From the NCBI GenBank assembly GCA_951406725.2, contig OX597820.1, positions 106,578,001-106,642,000 on the forward strand: a stretch of DNA of 64,000 nt, in the 5' to 3' direction. Positions 63,421-64,000 of this stretch are shown here, piece by piece (within the stretch, counting starts at the first letter, position 1; every line of letters begins with the position of its first letter). The translations under genes and the position numbers were made by a program. Under the pieces are notes generated by a model. It made no database searches. It was given only the letters and a program-made list of their open reading frames with translations, and was not told the DNA's origin. The DNA is from Octopus vulgaris (Eukaryota).

Positions 63421-63429
63421 AGCAAAGTA

Positions 63430-63720
63430 TAGCTGCTACATAAGGCACACAAGAGATCATGCTGGATATTACCTTGGTAGATTGGGACACCTCTGTGACA
63501 GTATGTAGCTGAGTAAGCCTGCCTTTGAGAAGCTAGCACAACCAGACTGGTCACACAAAACAAACTCTTTTATGCCCTTCTCAGGAATAGGGTTCACATA
63601 GTTTATATAATTACCAGGACATTTTAACTCGGTGTATGCAACCCAGTTCTTTTCATCATTTTCTGTGTCCCTACACTCAGATGGATTGTCATCACATATG
63701 CTAGTTAACACATAGCCTGA
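63430..63720 (-). mobile_element. Possible RTE ORF2 C-terminal remnant
   Basis: LCDQSGCASFSKAGLLSY resembles the terminal zinc finger seen at 1489-1570. Confidence 0.35.
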
Positions 63721-64000
63721 CAAGTGCTACTATTCTGGATCAGAGTAGACCTGAGAACAGTAGAGACTAGGAGGTGGCTCCACACTCCTCAAAACCCTAG
63801 AACACCTGAACCAGGGCTCCACTACAGGATGCAGTTTAGAGTCATACCCAAGACACCCATCCACACATAACAGAGACTAACCAAGATAAATATTCTTACA
63901 TGTTGTCAAACAAGGGCAAATTATAAGCCCTTCAAGTAACATTACTATTCATTACCTGAATATTTCTCCAATATCTACAGGTACTTTGGAATAAATGAAA

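Overview
This is eukaryotic, AT-rich, repeat-dense genomic DNA, not prokaryotic. The microsatellite load and the SINE/LINE families point to a coleoid cephalopod, most likely Octopus (inference from repeat content). Almost the whole window appears to be one ~59 kb phase-1 first intron of a minus-strand type I BMP receptor gene (ALK3/6, BMPR1/thickveins-like). Neither exon appears in the supplied ORF track. Exon 1 (59648-59564) encodes a signal peptide and sits under a YY1+CRE promoter in a CpG-retaining zone. Exon 2 (297-122) encodes the Cys-rich ligand-binding ectodomain. Spliced, they read MAADRSNRTSTLDIIWRYLLILLNLQQV-V-DSLLCFCNPCAGAVVNNSCLAKEGSKCFTAIEEKIENNIAVDVWSFGCLPPHESTVLQ; the gene continues beyond the left edge. 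The intron is filled with decayed mobile DNA: RTE and CR1-group LINEs, a Ty3/gypsy element, maT (DD37D), hAT, piggyBac-type and pogo-like DNA transposons, Helitrons, TTAA MITEs, several tRNA-derived SINE families and many long inverted repeats. An R4/Dong LINE remnant lies upstream of exon 1. Two 100-N gaps interrupt the intron. I found no CRISPR, rRNA or intact tRNA genes and no intact novel protein-coding system. The most notable signals are structural: a possible in-frame cassette exon, SINE tail swapping with both partner LINEs present, a twin-priming-like LINE inversion, a composite Helitron, recurrent antisense SINE-in-SINE nesting, and foldbacks with hammerhead-like cores. Repeat boundaries were read by eye and are approximate unless termini or TSDs are quoted.
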